A DNA stretch of 64,000 nucleotides from Amoebidium appalachense (Eukaryota; Protista; Ichthyosporea), in assembly GCA_963693365.1 (NCBI GenBank), contig CAVNZM010000005.1, positions 11,865,728-11,929,727 of the forward strand, given 5' to 3'. Of the stretch, positions 57,236 through 64,000 are shown in pieces. The notes below the pieces were generated by a model, which saw nothing but the letters and a program-made list of their open reading frames with translations, did no database searches and was not told the DNA's origin. Every line of letters starts with the position of its first letter. Position 1 is the first letter of the stretch. Made by a program: the position numbers and the translations under genes.

Positions 57236-64000
<6,765 letters not shown>

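Overview
Eukaryotic genomic DNA, very intron-rich and saturated with poly-C/poly-G homopolymers and (CA)n/(TG)n microsatellites. Almost every ORF in the supplied track is an artefact of those repeats. Splicing by hand gives six genes: a UBL7/ubiquilin-like UBL+STI1 protein (-, 11 exons), the Golgi SNARE membrin/GOSR2 (-, 6 exons), a TBC1D8/9-family GRAM-GRAM-TBC-EF-hand Rab-GAP (+, 35 exons, ~1077 aa, head-to-head with GOSR2), a CPFC DsbA/thioredoxin-like protein (-, 6 exons), an intronless SDF2-like MIR-domain protein (+), and the 3' part of a WHIM1/WHIM2(WSD) chromatin-remodelling-associated gene (-). The animal-like TBC1D9 and UBL7 sequences suggest a holozoan or other opisthokont (inference only). 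The most notable non-genic signals are these. (1) A dispersed intronic repeat family (~14 copies) is always co-oriented with its host gene and ends in C-runs, and its two longest copies share a covarying pseudoknot (candidate structured RNA, ribozyme or retroposon). (2) Sense-strand poly-C runs sit directly behind about a third of 5' splice sites. (3) Several introns have mirror-complementary repeat blocks. There is also a GC-AG intron, a perfect 37x35-bp satellite, a telomere-motif higher-order repeat and several MITE-like insertions. All coordinates and counts were read by eye, and homopolymer lengths may be unreliable.
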